DNA of 64,000 bases from Octopus vulgaris (GCA_951406725.2 OX597832.1:38936001-39000000); one strand, 5' to 3'. Shown: positions 44,227-60,569, counted from the stretch's first letter. Numbers and translations are program-made. Notes: generated by a model not told the origin, from the sequence alone.

Positions 44227-45594
44227 ATAGGAGAAGGGAACACAGAGGAAAAAATCGCCAGTGGTACAGACGAGGTCACATACTGAAAGACCATACATAC
44301 ATACATACATACATACATACATACATACATACATAGAGTAGACTACCCGCCTGAGTTTCCCAGCAACGGAGTTTTGTTTCGTGGGGTTTTCTTTGTTTTT
44401 CCCCGGGTGAAATTCTCAGCGGTATTTCTTCTGCCGTTACGTTATGAGTTCAATTTCCGCCGATGCTAACTTATCTTTTCATCCTTGCGGGGTCGATTAA
44501 GTAGGTACCAGTTACGCACTGGGCTCGATGTAATCGATTTAATCCCTTTGTCTGTCCTTGTTTGTCCCCTCTATCTTTAGCCCCCTTCTTTCTTTTGGCG
44601 GAGATTTTTATAATATTTCATAATATAACATTAATATTTAGCCGTCATGTTATTTAAACATGCTGGAAACCATGTCAAAGATACATTTTAAATCATTTCT
44701 TTAAATTATGAAAATAAACCGAACGATGAATCATGTGGCGGATGTGTGAAGCTCACGCTAAACCACATGTGGTACATGTGGCAGTTTACGTATAAACGAT
44801 AACACAGCCGTATTTCGTCTGCTGTTACGTTCTGAGTTCAAATCCCGCCGAGGTCGACTTTGCCTTTCATCCTTTCGGGATCGATAAATAAAGTACTAGT
44901 TACGCACTGGGGTCGATATAATCGACGTAATTCGTTTGTCTGTCCTTCTTTGTCCCTTCTGTGTTTAGCCCCTTGTAGGTAGTAAAGAAACGGTATAAAA
45001 GATAACACATTTTCTGATTTGAGATATATCTAGTTGCCATTTCTAGCAGTCTAGCGACTACGCAGAGTTTCCTCTCAATGACTCAGCATTATTTTTGTTT
45101 ACTAAGAGTTGTTATATTGGTTATATTGTTATGAAACCTATAATAACAGTTTAAAAAAAAAACGTCTATTGTAGAATATTTGTGAATGTTGGTGCGGAAA
45201 AGGCGATAGAGTAAGTTGGTGCGGCTAGTTTTATTTATTGAAGGAAGAAATTATATATATACACTATACAGAGATTTTCCATCGTTGTTTCTTCTCAAAC
45301 AAATAAAAGGTGATGTAGGTTGAAGACGGTTTTATTTGAAGTATTGGACACAGAAATATTGAATACCTTTTCTATAGTACCTACATTAAAACATAACCCG
45401 CCCCACACCTCCCCACCGCACACATATATATTATACGCATACATATACATACACAGGCACATATGTATGTGTATGTGTACGCGTGAGCATTCTATTGAGG
45501 TACTTGTTTACACACACAGGTGTGTGTGTATTTATATATATATGTATGCTAATGTATACTGACGAACATATATGAATATATAAGTATTAAAATA

Positions 45595-45650
<56 letters not shown>

Positions 45651-45665
45651 AATACATTTACATAC

Positions 45666-45715
<50 letters not shown>

Positions 45716-46076
45716 GTGTATATATATATATATATACATATATACATACACATCCACAAAAGTATATCTTTATGAATGTATGTATATACATATTTATATA
45801 TATATATATGTGTGTGTGTAATGTAAATGAAAAGGCGTGTATGTAGTATATATGCTATGTAAGGTTGTGATCGTGTGTATTTGTCTATGGCTGCTTGTAA
45901 ATGTGTGTATATTGTGTACATAAAGTATGTATATAGAAAGAAATTCCTAATGTGAATAGTGTAGACAATCAAATTATGGTCAAGAAATTAACCCACAATG
46001 TCAGCTGTTATTTTACTGAAGTTTGCTTTGGTCTGTGATGTGTGCGTATATACATATACATGTGTACATACATATG

Positions 46077-46107
<31 letters not shown>

Positions 46108-47624
46108 ATATGTATGTATGTGTGTGTGTTTGTGTATGTGTGTGTGTGTATGAAGCAAGCGGCAGCATTAGACATTAAAGACAGCCCTACCACCATCACG
46201 CACATATGCTAAACAATTCCAAAACTAAAGAATAGAACACGAACGATGCAGCCAGCCTACACAAAGCTTGTGCAAATATACACATCTTTACAAAGCTTGC
46301 AATTTTTATAAAGATGAGATGAATCAGTTCCGTAATATTTCCAAACAAAGAACCCCAGTCGATTGAGATTTTTCTCATCATGTCTTACCAAAACGCGATC
46401 GTCGAGTAACTAGTGATGTTTAACTGCTCTCTCTTAAATTTATTGACGAGGTCTGTTTGTCATTGATGCTGCTGATGCTGTTGCTCATGCTGCTGTTGCT
46501 GCTGCTGCTGTTGAGCGAACGGTCTTCGTCCCAGAGATCGCAAGACGGGAGAAGTCCGAAACGTGGTCCTTTGCTATTCGTAAGACCCGCGAAAGAGAAA
46601 GCAGGTCAACCCCTGACACCGAGAGCATCGACGGATAGATGAATGCGCATCCTGGCTCAGCGGTTGCGTAGGAAGTCGGGGACAAGAAACAGGAAGAAAG
46701 AGTGAGAGAGAAAGTTGGAGCGAAAGAGTACAACAGGGGTCGCCACCACCCCCTGCCGGAGCCTCGTGGAGTTTTAGGTGTTTTCGCTCAATAAACACAC
46801 ACAACGCCCGGTCTGGGAATTGAAACCGCGATCCTTCGACCGCGTGTCGTTGATGTTGTCGTTGTTGCTGCTTTGCTCGAGGTCATCTGTGATCGAGTTT
46901 GCCTACGTACAATAGCATTCCAGTGATAATTATATTATCATTTATTCAGTATTTTCTTGACTATAAATTATTTCTCACTCCAAATGAGTTTAATTTAACG
47001 GAAATTTAACTGTTGTTTTTGACAGTCGGAGAGTCATTGTTCCCTGCACAGAGGTTTAGAACTGTGTGCCTCTGGAATTTCTGTAGTATACAATCGAAAT
47101 TATCTTATATGCTGCCGTAATATTAATAACATGGCCAAACGACCATTCTTGCACTACAACGAGCAAAACGAATTTCATTCCAAGTCATTTAGTGCCACTT
47201 CTTCCTTCAATATTTGATCAAAGAAATTATAATCACTAGATATACATACACCATTTAGTTACATCAACGTACCTCTTAGTATTTCAGTGTATTTCTATGT
47301 AAATTTTTGTAGGTTAGTGACAAGAAAATAGAGTGAAATCAAAGTGTATCTATGGAATACAGAAAGATCATTTATAGAATACGGCAGCCAACAATAGCCA
47401 AACAATGTGTCACAGCATAAACAATCGAATCTGTTCAGAGGAGGCGGAAAAATATAAAATTTCAAGAGAAGATCACACATTCTGATCAAGATTCTTATCT
47501 AAAAGTTCAGACTTTCTTCTCTTCCAAACCTGCTAACATATTCCACTTTCTGGATTCTAGCCGTTGTTGTTGTTGTTGTTGTTGTTGGTCTTCTTCTTCT
47601 TCTTCTTCTTCTTCTTCTTTCTTC

Positions 47625-48396
<772 letters not shown>

Positions 48397-48400
48397 CATC

Positions 48401-48448
<48 letters not shown>

Positions 48449-49501
48449 GATTAGTATTGTTGTTGTTGTTCTTTAGGAAATCTGGATTCAGATATATGGT
48501 CGAATACCTTATGTCGTTTTAGGGGTTCAGTGCCGCCTATCTAAAGTTTACATTACATATTTAATAAACTGGCGAGGTTTTAGTTGAGGAAGATTTGGTT
48601 GTTATTTCCAAATGGTCGATCAACCACATAATGGTAACCTCATTGGCACGAATTGATATAAAGTAAAATTTACCGAAGAAGGAAATGGCCTGTCTTTCAC
48701 ACTTCCTGTCAACAACGAATATGTCAGAGTATGTCCACATTAACGATACATTACAAATTAATATGGCTTCTTGTTTTAACGCTTCTGGCAAAACTGGAAA
48801 GTACGTAAATAAGAATGATACGTCTGTAAGGTTGTATCCCATCCTGTAAGGTTGTAGAAGTCTACCCAAGAAGATTTTCCTATTTGTGGGTGGTAGAATT
48901 TATGCGTCACCCTTGAAACATAATTATCTGTCTACTGGGTGCCATTAATGAAATACACTCTATTACAAACATTCATGATTAGCCTGTCGTCTGAGGGAAC
49001 TTCTACGCATCTGCCTTGAAGCCTTCAAAGAGATAAAAGGTCAAGGAAAGTAACCTTCCGCTTCCTAATCTAGTCATAAAAAATTAACAACACCTGGAGG
49101 CCGTGTACATCTCGAATTTATGAAAAAGCCTGTATGCCTGTATATGGTCTCACAACTTGCTAGAAATAGCAGATAAATCAACGTAAAATACGCTATCATC
49201 TCAAAAATAGAGGGACATTTTGTACAGCATATTTCCAGATATACTATACCTGAGCAAGAGACGAAACGACACGACAAGAAGAATTTGGGGTTAAATACAT
49301 TGATCAACAACCAAAATGCTTCTGAGACCAGAATAGCAATTTTCGACTAAGTTTGGATATCATTTACAACATATTTTGTTTATGTTTGCTTTCATAATTC
49401 TTTGCATATGTTTTGGTTCTATTGAATAAACGGTTCTCAACCGGGGTTCATATGCACACGGTCGGTCACACAGACAGACAGACAGACAGACAGTCAGGCA
49501 A

Positions 49502-49735
49502 GACGGCGAGCTGGCAGAATCGTTAGCACGCCGGGCGAAATGTTTAGCGGTATTTCGTCTGCCGTTATGTTCTGAGTTCAAATTCCGCCGAGGTCGACTT
49601 TGCCTTTCATTCTTTCAGGGTTGATAAATTAAGTACCAGTTACGCACTGGGGTCGATATAATCGACTTAATCCGTTTGTCTGTCCTTGTTTGTCCCCTCT
49701 ATATTTAGCCCCTTGTGGGCAATAAAGAAATAAGA
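49502..49735 (+). mobile_element. Full-length SINE
   Basis: ggcgagctggcagaatcgttagcacgccgggc...gagttcaaattcc...aataaagaaata. Confidence 0.9.
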
Positions 49736-49760
49736 CCGATAGTCGGACAGACAGACAAAC

Positions 49761-49867
<107 letters not shown>

Positions 49868-50108
49868 TACATACATACATACATACATATACATAGATAG
49901 AAGGACGGAGAAAAAGAGATACATGTGACCTTAATACTGAATATAGACGACTCACTTTTATCTCATACCCAGACACATCAATACACACGCACGCACGCAC
50001 ACACGCACACACATACAAACACACAAATAAAGTGGAAATACAGAGAGAAAGAGAGAAAGAGATGAAGGACAGGAGGGAAGTGGTAAAGAATAAAGAATGA
50101 AATCTCAC

Positions 50109-50251
50109 TTTAATCTCGCAGAAATCTCCTCTGTGTCCGTCTTTGCAGTGACATTTGAAACCGTTCAGTAAATCTTCACATTTTCCGCCATGTTGACATG
50201 GATTCGATTCGCATTCGTCGATCTGAATTTCACAGTGGTAACCATGGTAAC
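50109..50251 (-). CDS. Internal exon (phase 1-0, 143 nt) encoding a calcium-binding-type EGF module
   Basis: gtaattaacag|GT TAC CAT...GAG ATT AAA|gtgaga. Translation is GYHGYHCEIQIDECESNPCQHGGKCEDLLNGFKCHCKDGHRGDFCEIK. Phase matches the 59224 donor. Contains DEC, C-x-D-x4-F-x-C and C-x-S-x-P-C motifs. Confidence 0.95.
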
Positions 50252-50322
50252 CTGTTAATTACAAACATGTAATGTATGATATATAAGTGTATGTGTACGT
50301 TAGTATATATTTGTATATATGT

Positions 50323-50550
50323 TTTCTTATTACCCACAAGGGGCTAAACATAGAGGGGACAAACAAGGACACATAAACGAATTAAGTCGATTACAACGAC
50401 CCCAGTGTGTAACTGGTTCTTAATTTATCGACCCCGAAAGGATAAAAGGCAAAGTCGACCTCGGCGGAATTTGAACTCAGAACGTAGCGGCAGACGAAAT
50501 ACCGCAAAGCATTTCGCCCGGCGTGCTAACGATTCTGCCAGCTCGCCGCC
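50323..50550 (-). mobile_element. Full-length SINE, inverted relative to 49502-49735
   Basis: Reverse complement of the same family. Confidence 0.9.
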
Positions 50551-51254
50551 ATATATTTGTATATATGTGTGTGCGTGTATGTGTGTGTGTGTGTGTTTGC
50601 GTCATTCCTAAATGCGTCGTTTTCAATATTATTCTCCAAAAATTTTAATTATTCCCTTGGTATCAGATTTTAAACAATTTTAGATGAAATTTTTGGCATC
50701 TATCAACATTGATAATTTCACTTAATTCATGTTCTTTTTTTTTTCTAATTCACTGTATTATCTACATATATGGTAAAATAATCTCGTGCGTGCCGCAGTT
50801 AAATTGGGACATGCTGCTGCGCTTATGATGAAAACTGAAGCAGAAACACGTGTCTGCAACAGTTCTCCAGATAACCAGTCTTCTCAGTTGTATGACAATT
50901 TCGAAGACTTCGTAGTTATTAATTCTTATCTTTCCTTCTAAATCATTGTAGGTCACAATTGTTTACTATTCCCTCGACGGGAATATAATGTCTATAAATC
51001 AAAGATATACACACACGCATACACACACACACTCACACTCTCTCTCTCACACACACACATACACACACGCACACACACACGCACACACACAGATACACAC
51101 ACACAGACACACACATAAACACACACACACACATATATATATACATACGAACACACATATGCGTGTTACCAATGCACAGATTTATCTGTTGTGATTTGCT
51201 ATTAAAATCTGTTGATTCCATCTTGTTAATTTAAAAAGATTTCTACACACACAA

Positions 51255-51285
<31 letters not shown>

Positions 51286-52009
51286 GTTACGCTGTTGTCG
51301 GTCTGCCATCGTTTGCAATCCAACATCGGCTTAACTGGTCTAAACTTCGAAGTCACAGTCGTCAATATTCTTTTTTAAGAAGAAAATCATACTCTACAAA
51401 ATTATATTAATGTAAAATTGCTTTTATTGTAACTACAAATAATGCTGTGAGCTGGCAGAGTCGTTAGCACGCCGGGGAAAATGCTTAGCGGCATTTCGTC
51501 CGTCTTTACGCTCTGAGTTCAAATTCCTCCGCGGTCTTCTTTGTCTTTTATCCTTTCGGGATCGATAAAATAAATAGCAATTACGCAGTGAAGTGGATAT
51601 AATCTACTAGCTCCACCTACCCCAAAATTCCAGACCTTGTGTCAATAGTAGAAAGGATTATAACTAAAAATAAGGCGGCGAGCTGGCAGAATCGATAGCA
51701 GGACGGGCAAAATGCTTTCGTCTGTCTTAAGTTTCTGAGGTCAAATATCGCCAAAGTCAACTTTGCCTTTCATTCTTTCAGGATCGATAAATTAAATACC
51801 AGTTGAAGACTGTTCAATGTAATCGACTTATCCCTTCCCCCAGGAACTTCCTGGCCTTGTACCAAAATTTCAAACCATTATAACCAAACATAAAAAAAAC
51901 AAGCATTAACATTGTATATGCACGCGCGCGTGTGTGAATATGTGTGTGTGTGTGTGTGTGTGTGAACATACATAGACACAAGATGGCTTTCTGCACAGTT
52001 TCCAAATTT

Positions 52010-52426
52010 GGATCTTTTCGGTTTGACCGGCAGTTTTTCTAGCGGTGTCATATGTAATAGTCACCCATAATTATAACCCTAGTATCGATCTATTGCATTT
52101 CAATCTGTTTTAGGGTTAGGGTTAGGGGTGGGGGGAATGGTATCTTTTTTTTCTTCAGAAATGTAAGTAAACCCAATCTGTTTCTTAAACGAGGGACATA
52201 TTCATACGGCACAGAATGTTTTCACCTCAATAGACATCATTTATTGGTTGAAATTGCAGAAATTGAAGAAAAAAAACAACAAATATCTTACAACCTATAG
52301 AATTTTCTCAATAAAGCCAAGAGAAAAAGATGTTTTATAAACACATTCTACCAGTATACGAAGTTTAAAAGTGTTTAGTTACGTGGAAATTATTTTTAAA
52401 AACTACCGGTCAAACCGAAAAGATCC
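52010..52426. mobile_element. MITE with 29-bp TIRs and 8-bp TSD (Merlin-like termini)
   Basis: GGATCTTTTCGGTTTGACCGGcAGTTTTT / AAAAACTaCCGGTCAAACCGAAAAGATCC. ccaaattt is duplicated at 52002-52009 and 52427-52434. Internal (TTAGGG)3. Confidence 0.9.
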
Positions 52427-53019
52427 CCAAATTTTACTACTTGACATGGCAGTAGATATTGAACCACGCACAGGTATCGAGCACTGAACCACGCGTTTAT
52501 AAGGCATATACTCTCGGCAACAGTTTTACTATTGATTGATGTACGAGGCTGTGATTATTAGCTCATTCAAAATATGCCGCTAACATTTTAATCTGTTCGT
52601 TGCTGGCCATTACCTAGAACCCGTAAAATGATGGATTTAAATTACAACCTATAATTACATTTCTGAACACAAATTTATATAATTTTAATAATGTTATAGA
52701 ATATCATTAATCAATAATATTAATGATCTATTACTGAATTCTGTATTATTTATTTGTTTTCAATTACTTTCCATTATTTATGTTGGAGATCATCTTTATT
52801 TTCATAGATATTTGTCATTAAAAGAAGCCTCATAATAGAATATAAGTTTTTTTTTCATAATTTTTAAACATATTAGTGAAAAATGAGTTGGCATTCCTCT
52901 ATAATGGAATATTATTTTAAATTATTATCTTAAGAAATTTTAGAAGAATTAGTTTAAATTAATATAAATGCACAATACACGCAAGGTATCTTATTCAATG
53001 CACACACACACACACAGAC

Positions 53020-53080
<61 letters not shown>

Positions 53081-53190
53081 CATACATACATGCATGAATA
53101 CATATATACATACATATATATATATATATATTCCTATGTTTCGATGCGTGTCCATACATTTACAGATACATACATAAATACATACATACA

Positions 53191-53222
<32 letters not shown>

Positions 53223-53468
53223 GACATACATACATACAGTTATATAAGTAACCGTCAAAATCTTTCGATTTGTTTTCGATTGTTTTCCACAGATTCATTC
53301 CTTTTCCTTGTTGTTCAGATTTTGTTAGAGAATCGGAAACGTGATACTCAGATTTATGAAATGTGAATTTACGGTTTAATGACTATATTTTAATATTCTG
53401 ATTTCAGTTCTTCATTTATATGTGAAATGAAACCTTACCAAGGAAGGTCGTGTTCGTGTGTGTGTATA

Positions 53469-54899
53469 CAGGGCGCCTCCCAAAAATGTATATACATTTT
53501 AATAGCTCATAACTAACTTAATTTTCATTTTTAAATTTAAGCAATTTGAAATATTGGAGGCACAGACACTAATCGTTGAAAAAGGAAATTTGTTTTAAAG
53601 TGCTGCAAGAAGTTTGAAAGCATAGTTGAAATACTGTTGAGGAGCGAGTTTCAAACATCCACCGACATTGCTTACTATCACTCGAATTAGACATAAGTTT
53701 GAAAAGAGGACTCTTCATAATATATACAAACAAATGTTCTGAAGACTGCCGATCGATGAGACCTTCAAAGCAAGAAAGGGTACCAGAAACCTATCATCAA
53801 GGTTTAGGAAAATGTTTACGTAAAGCGAGTCATGAAATGGGAATTTCATAATCAAGCTTTCATCGCATTTTCAAGCTTTGTCACTGGAAAAGTTACATTC
53901 CAAGAATAGTCCATGATCTCAATGAAGATGATCTAGACCGATGAGTGGAATTATGGGAAGGGTACTTGGTAAGATGCGTAGAAAATGTACTCTTTGCAAC
54001 AAAAATTGTCTGCAGTGAAGAGGCTACCTTTGTATTAAATGACCCAACTGCAATAGTTGCACTAAGAGTGGACTGAGAACCCGCATGTTAAAGAGGATTA
54101 TCATGATAATTACCAAGTGTTACTGTATTGAGAGGCTTATCATGAACATGGTGAACAAGACCATTCTTCTCTGTACCCATATTTTCAATGGCCAACCTTG
54201 TCACATTCAGTGTTACCTTGAATATCCCTCGGAACTACATTAAAGGTACATGTGTCTGTGGAGTGCTCAGCCACTTGCACGTGAATTTTACAAGCAGTCT
54301 ATTCCATTGATAGGAACAACAGGAACCCTTGTTGCCGTAAAAGACGGAATACCAGTTTCTCTCAGCGTACATGGACCGGTACCCTATACTTGAGTCCGCT
54401 GTGACAATCACACTTCCACAAACATTGAAGGGAACTTTAAAGATGTGGAGTTTAGTTCAAGCAAGAGGGCACAACTCAACCCAACAAACACGCTGTCATG
54501 GGAATGTAACGGCCTAATTTGATACTTTACCAAACAAGTGGATTGCGGGGAGAGCTACAGTTGCCTGCACTTCGCGTTCATCCGAGATGACACCACTAGA
54601 TTGATTCACAGAAGACAAAATTACGATACAAAATCGGTGACAGTCAACAAACTTAAGACAACCAACAAGCGAAAACACGCACAAATACCGAACGAAATGT
54701 TTCTAGATGTTTGCGATGCCATAGCTCGCGTTATTAGCTATACCCGGAGAAGAAGCACCAACAGCTTCAAAACAGGGGTTCAAAATGAAATCAAATTCTG
54801 TCTATATTTTATATTAAATTTGGAAACTGAAATGTATTTTAATAAACGCTTGTTTTATAATCGATCTGTGTGTGTATACATCTTTTGGGGAAGAAACTG
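53469..54899 (+). mobile_element. Decayed full-length Tc1/mariner-superfamily transposon with nested SINE fragment (~54170-54350)
   Basis: TA|cagggcgcctcccaaaaatgtatatac ... gtatacatcttttggggaagaaactg|TA form degenerate TIRs. Internal [10 protein letters not shown] and KIVCSEEATF remnants. Confidence 0.7.
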
Positions 54900-55146
54900 T
54901 ACATACATATCATGATATATGTGTGCGTGTGTATGTAAGCGGTGTATACATTCATACATACATATATATATATCATGATATGCATATGTATGTTTACGTA
55001 TATATAATTATGTCTATGCAGGTATGCATGTGTAGAGGTAGGTACGTAATCTAACGGACGATATTATTCAGTTTCCAATGAATTATTTCATTCTACTTTT
55101 AGTATTGAGTACGCTTTCTCTGGTTTACTCTTTCCACTATACACAC

Positions 55147-55228
<82 letters not shown>

Positions 55229-55313
55229 TCATATATATACACACACATTTATATATATATTTATATTTATATATTAGTGCATACATATAAATGCATATGT
55301 ATAAATATATATG

Positions 55314-55358
<45 letters not shown>

Positions 55359-55601
55359 AAAATATATGTATGAGGATAGATAAATATATATATGATATAC
55401 ATATATATATATATATGTTGATATATGTGGAAATATAAATATGTATGCTATTTATAACAGGTTTAATTTCTATGCATTAATATTCTCATTAACAGGCAAG
55501 AAGTTATTACTTCTACAAACTATATATATATTTCTGCTGCTTAAAATAAAGCATATTACTCTACCACTGGTATTTGAGTACCTTTCACCTTGTTTCACAT
55601 T

Positions 55602-55658
<57 letters not shown>

Positions 55659-55708
55659 ATATAAATTATAATAGATATAAATATGAATACATATATATAT
55701 ATATATAT

Positions 55709-55761
<53 letters not shown>

Positions 55762-56122
55762 ATATAATATAAATATATATATATAAATGTATGTATGTAT
55801 AAATATCATCATGAACGTCATCATCATCACCAGAGTCGTCGTTATCTTGGGATGAAGTCCATATTAGCGTGAACTTAATCCTTCGCTAATCTCTATCTAC
55901 CATGGCACGTGCTGAATATTCGTGGTGACATCCAGTCTCCTTCTATAGTGGTATCTGATAATTTGGAAGAAACTTGTTTTATATACAGTAATCTTTGTGA
56001 GCTGGGTGTTCCTTCCATACCGACATATACACGCATACACTTACTCAGACACATATAGACACACATACACACACACATAACTGAATTAACTTCGTGAAAC
56101 GAAACTTAGTGCTGTTCAAATG

Positions 56123-56198
<76 letters not shown>

Positions 56199-56619
56199 CG
56201 GGAAGCTTTATGAAAATAAACAAAGGACGAAGGCATATATATATATATATATATATAATCATACATGTGTGGTAAGAAGTTTGCTTTCCAAGCACATGGT
56301 TCCAGGTTCAATCCCACAATAGCGTCGAGCCGACCAAAGTCTTCTGAGTGGATCTGGTAGAGGGGAAACTGAAATACCCACCTCGTATATATGTATATAT
56401 GTGGGTAACTTCAGCAACACGTGGTGTTGGTGATTTCCCTTCCTTTTTTTGGGACTTTTGTCTTTCTCCTTTCCGAAGAAAGAGGTATGCTCGAAACATA
56501 AAAAGCCCTCTCTTTTTGCTGAGTGTTAAACTAATACAATCCTTGTGCGCCTCCTCCTGTTGTCTGTTAGCGCCAATTTCATCGCTCGTTTATTCGACCT
56601 GACTATATGTATATATGAG

Positions 56620-56997
56620 GAGGCGCAATGGCCCAGTGGTTAGGGCAGCGGACTCGCGGTTGTAGGATCGCGGTTTCGATTCCCAGACCGGGCGTTGTGA
56701 GTGTTTATTGAGCGAAAACACCTAAAGCTCCACGAGGCTCCGGCAGGGATGGTGGTGATCCCTGCTGTACTCTTTCACCACCACGTTCTCTCACTCTTAC
56801 TTCCTGTTTCTCTTGTACCTGTATTTCAAGGGGCTGGCCTTGTCACTCTCTGTGTCACGCTGAATATCCCCGAGAATTACGTTAAGGGTACACGTGTCTG
56901 TGGAGTGCTCAGCCACTTACACGTTAATTTCACGAGCAGGCTGTTCCGTTGATCGGATCAACCGGAACCCTCATCGTCGTAACCGACGGAGTGCTTC
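56620..56997 (+). mobile_element. Third tRNA-derived SINE family
   Basis: A-box tggcccagtggttagg and B-box ggtttcgattccc. Body is shared with 39323-39637 and 54170-54350, head with 46680-46843(-). Related head at 36062-36401. Confidence 0.8.
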
Positions 56998-58072
56998 CAT
57001 CTATGTATATATGTATAGTTGCGTTAACAAAGGGATGTGGGTTCGAGTCGCACGCGGATAGGAAAGCCTACATTTTCTGTCGAGAGTTTCTAAATTTAAC
57101 ACACCAATTATATCGAACGCTGGACTTTGGTCATCCCATTACGGGCAATAGGTGGTTGGACTTTACAACATGTCAGTAAGTAAATAATTGATATTAATTG
57201 ATGGGCACTTTATTATGATGAAACATATTAATTAGTACTATAAACATAATCATTAAGAACTATTATGATTACTTCAAAACGTTATGGCATTCTCCTTCGC
57301 TCCTTGTCTAAACCTATTGGCGTATCCTATTATTGTGAATTTTTTACTTTTACTTTTTTATTACGTATCCACCCTGTTACTCCCATAGAAAAATTAACCC
57401 ACCAATCACTATTTTAAGTTTAGTCATTTAGTCAAGGTCCCGCAGCAAAATGATATGATTTAAACATATTAAGCCTTTCATCTTCCACTCGAAACACTTC
57501 TTTTCTTTTATGTATGTATTTTTCTTCACTCGGACGAAGCTCCAAGTTCCAAATCGGATGTATTAGCAAATATGATGAATATTATTTTTAAAATTTTCTT
57601 TGGCAATACCATAATAGCATTAGAAGCAGAAACAGCTGTTAGATGGGGCGCACTCTATTTGTATTCCTTTCTACTCTAGGCACAATGCCCCAATTTTTTT
57701 CTGGGGAGGGGACCAGTCGATTAAATCGACCCCAGTACGCAACTGATACTTAATTTATCGACCCCGAAAGAATCGAAGACAGAGTCGACCTCGGAGGGAT
57801 TTGGACTCAGAACATAAAACTGTCTATTTGTATTGAATTAAAAGATAATAATCGATGTAAGTCAACTGTTGTTGATCAATATTTCTCCATTTTCTATTTA
57901 CTTTAAATTTGATTCCTGATAAACTCATGTTTATCTTTGTCATTACCTGCAATCTATGAGCATAATATGCTTGCATATGTATGTCCAGGGTTAACATAGG
58001 TAATTATACTGGTAGTATAACGGAAATTTTTATCCCTTAGACGGTTACTTCAACCTCTAACCCTACTAACCT

Positions 58073-58125
<53 letters not shown>

Positions 58126-58793
58126 GTGTGTATATGTGCGTGTGCGTGTGTGTATGTATAAACAAAGATTATATATCACATTATTATTTAAAATTTACCT
58201 ATGCTTAATAAGGACACTAAGGTTAATCGAATTTTCCTCTCTCATGAAATCATCAAAAGCACACACATACACACACATACACACGTTCACACGCCACGCG
58301 CACCTTCTAGTTCGGTTGTACTAAAATGAAAAACAATTAAATAATACCAAACAAAATAGTTTGAATACCATAAAACGAAATTTAGTCAAAGAACAGATCG
58401 ACGCTAATCTTTTGGGAAACGGTGTTCGTATTGCGAAAGCGATTACGTAATAAAAACACTGCTTTCCAAAAGATTCCTGTCATTTTCTGTTTCTGATATT
58501 GTTTTTGTCTTATGAATAATTCAAAATTCGCTGTTTTTTCCTATTTTGTAACTGTATCAAGAATTCTTTCTAAAACCTTTTCCCGACACACATACAATCA
58601 TACATGTGCGTGTTTGTGTGCGCGTATGTATGTGTGTGTGTATGTATGTGTCTGTATGCACCCGCGTATGTATATATATATATATAAGTAGGTGAATGAA
58701 TAATCCTATGTTTATCGTCAGCATATGCTGTCTTCGAAACATGTGTCGAGAGTAAAGGAATTTTGTTAACATCTTCGTTCGACTCCATTCTTT

Positions 58794-58865
<72 letters not shown>

Positions 58866-59143
58866 ATGTAAGTATGTATGCATGTATGTATGTACGTACG
58901 TGTGTGTGTGTGTGTCTATAATAGTTATTTTTATTCTTTTACTTGTTTCAGTCATTTTGACTGTGGCCATGCTGGAGCGCCGCCTTTAGTTGAAGAAATC
59001 AACACCGAGACTTATTCTTTGCAACCCTGGTTTCTTATTCTATAGGTTCTCTTTTGCCGAACCATTAAGTTACGGTGTGCGCGCGCGTTTGTGTACACAT
59101 TTGTGTGGTTGTGTGTGCATGCGTGTATGTGTGTGTTCGTGCG

Positions 59144-59183
<40 letters not shown>

Positions 59184-59223
59184 TGTGTGTGTGTGTGTTT
59201 TGGGTGCATGTAAACTACTATAC

Positions 59224-59457
59224 CTGGAATGCAGTAGCAGTTGTAGCTGTTTTCCCCATTTTCTTGGCAAATGCCGTTCTTGCAGGGGTTGTTGTGGCAG
59301 CCACTGTATAAATTATCACAATTGGTTCCCGTGTATCCGTTTGAACAGAGACATGTGTAATTTCCATTGGTCGTCTCGATACAGCTTGAATTGATTGGAC
59401 AGTTTAATGCCCAGCAGGCATCGGTTATTTTCTCTTCACAGTATTCCCCAGTATAAC
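59224..59457 (-). CDS. Internal exon (phase 1-1, 234 nt) of an EGF-repeat protein
   Basis: Minus strand reads ttatttgtgtattttcag|GT TAT ACT...ATT CCA G|gtatag. Translation is GYTGEYCEEKITDACWALNCPINSSCIETTNGNYTCLCSNGYTGTNCDNLYSGCHNNPCKNGICQENGENSYNCYCIP(G): two EGF modules with canonical Cys spacing and no stops. Confidence 0.95.
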
Positions 59458-59524
59458 CTGAAAATACACAAATAAGGAAACGTCATTTACATGTATATAT
59501 ACAAGTATATAGAAAAGATGTGAA

Positions 59525-59582
<58 letters not shown>

Positions 59583-59610
59583 GTTGTTGTTGTTGTTGTT
59601 GTTATTGTTA

Positions 59611-59649
<39 letters not shown>

Positions 59650-59720
59650 CTTCGTTCTTCAAATTTTCTTCCGTTTCTCGCCGAGTGTTTCCGTATTTAT
59701 ATTATTATTATTATTATTAT

Positions 59721-60059
59721 TGAGTGAGAGAGCAGTTCATGCCATCAAAGTGACCCTGGGGTACAAATATACGAAGCCCAGTATACCCATCATGACTACC
59801 CGTCTGATAAGGGTACACCAGGCACATGCATCACAACCATATGTGCGCGACATGGTGATCTCATATCAAGATAAATAGCACATGACCTTGCAGGTGGGGC
59901 CCAGTTAGAATTTTCTTCTGGTCGAGTAGCCCATCCCGCTCAAAGGGTCTCTGAATAAGGATTGTTTAAGGATGTTGAGCGAACCACCCATGATTCCAAA
60001 GGTGAATTATCCAAACCTCCAAGAATTCCTTTCAACACACAGCTATGATGCTGCCACAC

Positions 60060-60060
<1 letters not shown>
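59721..60060 (-). mobile_element. Same (TAA)n-anchored retroposon family
   Basis: Same fixed end and (TTA)n flanks. Confidence 0.8.
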
Positions 60061-60137
<77 letters not shown>

Positions 60138-60511
60138 TTTAAAAAAGAGAATGACGTAACTCTTCACAAAGGTAAATAGTCAAGACGAAGAGCGCGATTC
60201 GATTGTAAGGTATTCTATTAGTTGAACGATATTTCAAAGTACGTCTGTCTTTGTCAAGTTCAAAATAAGAAGTGATAAAAATTCAAAATTACAGAAATTT
60301 AAACGTAAAGCATGAACGAGAGCAACCAGCGTCCACACGTTGATGGAATGACATCATCAGTTTTTCAGTTACAATTTTATAACAGGCGAAACGAAAACGA
60401 TTAAGTTTTTTCCCTGAAAGAAATGTCGATGTCTCAATTTCTGACTCATATTTGAATGATACGAAATCCATGGGTCCAGGATTGGGTTCAACACTGGGGG
60501 TCTAACGAAAC

Positions 60512-60569
<58 letters not shown>

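Noticed and set aside
47295-47489. ORF containing LNRFDCLC as another EGF exon
   Set aside because: The remaining Cys spacing and splice sites do not fit.
59075-59394. Plus-strand Cys-rich ORFs
   Set aside because: Antisense shadow of the real minus-strand exon plus (TG)n.
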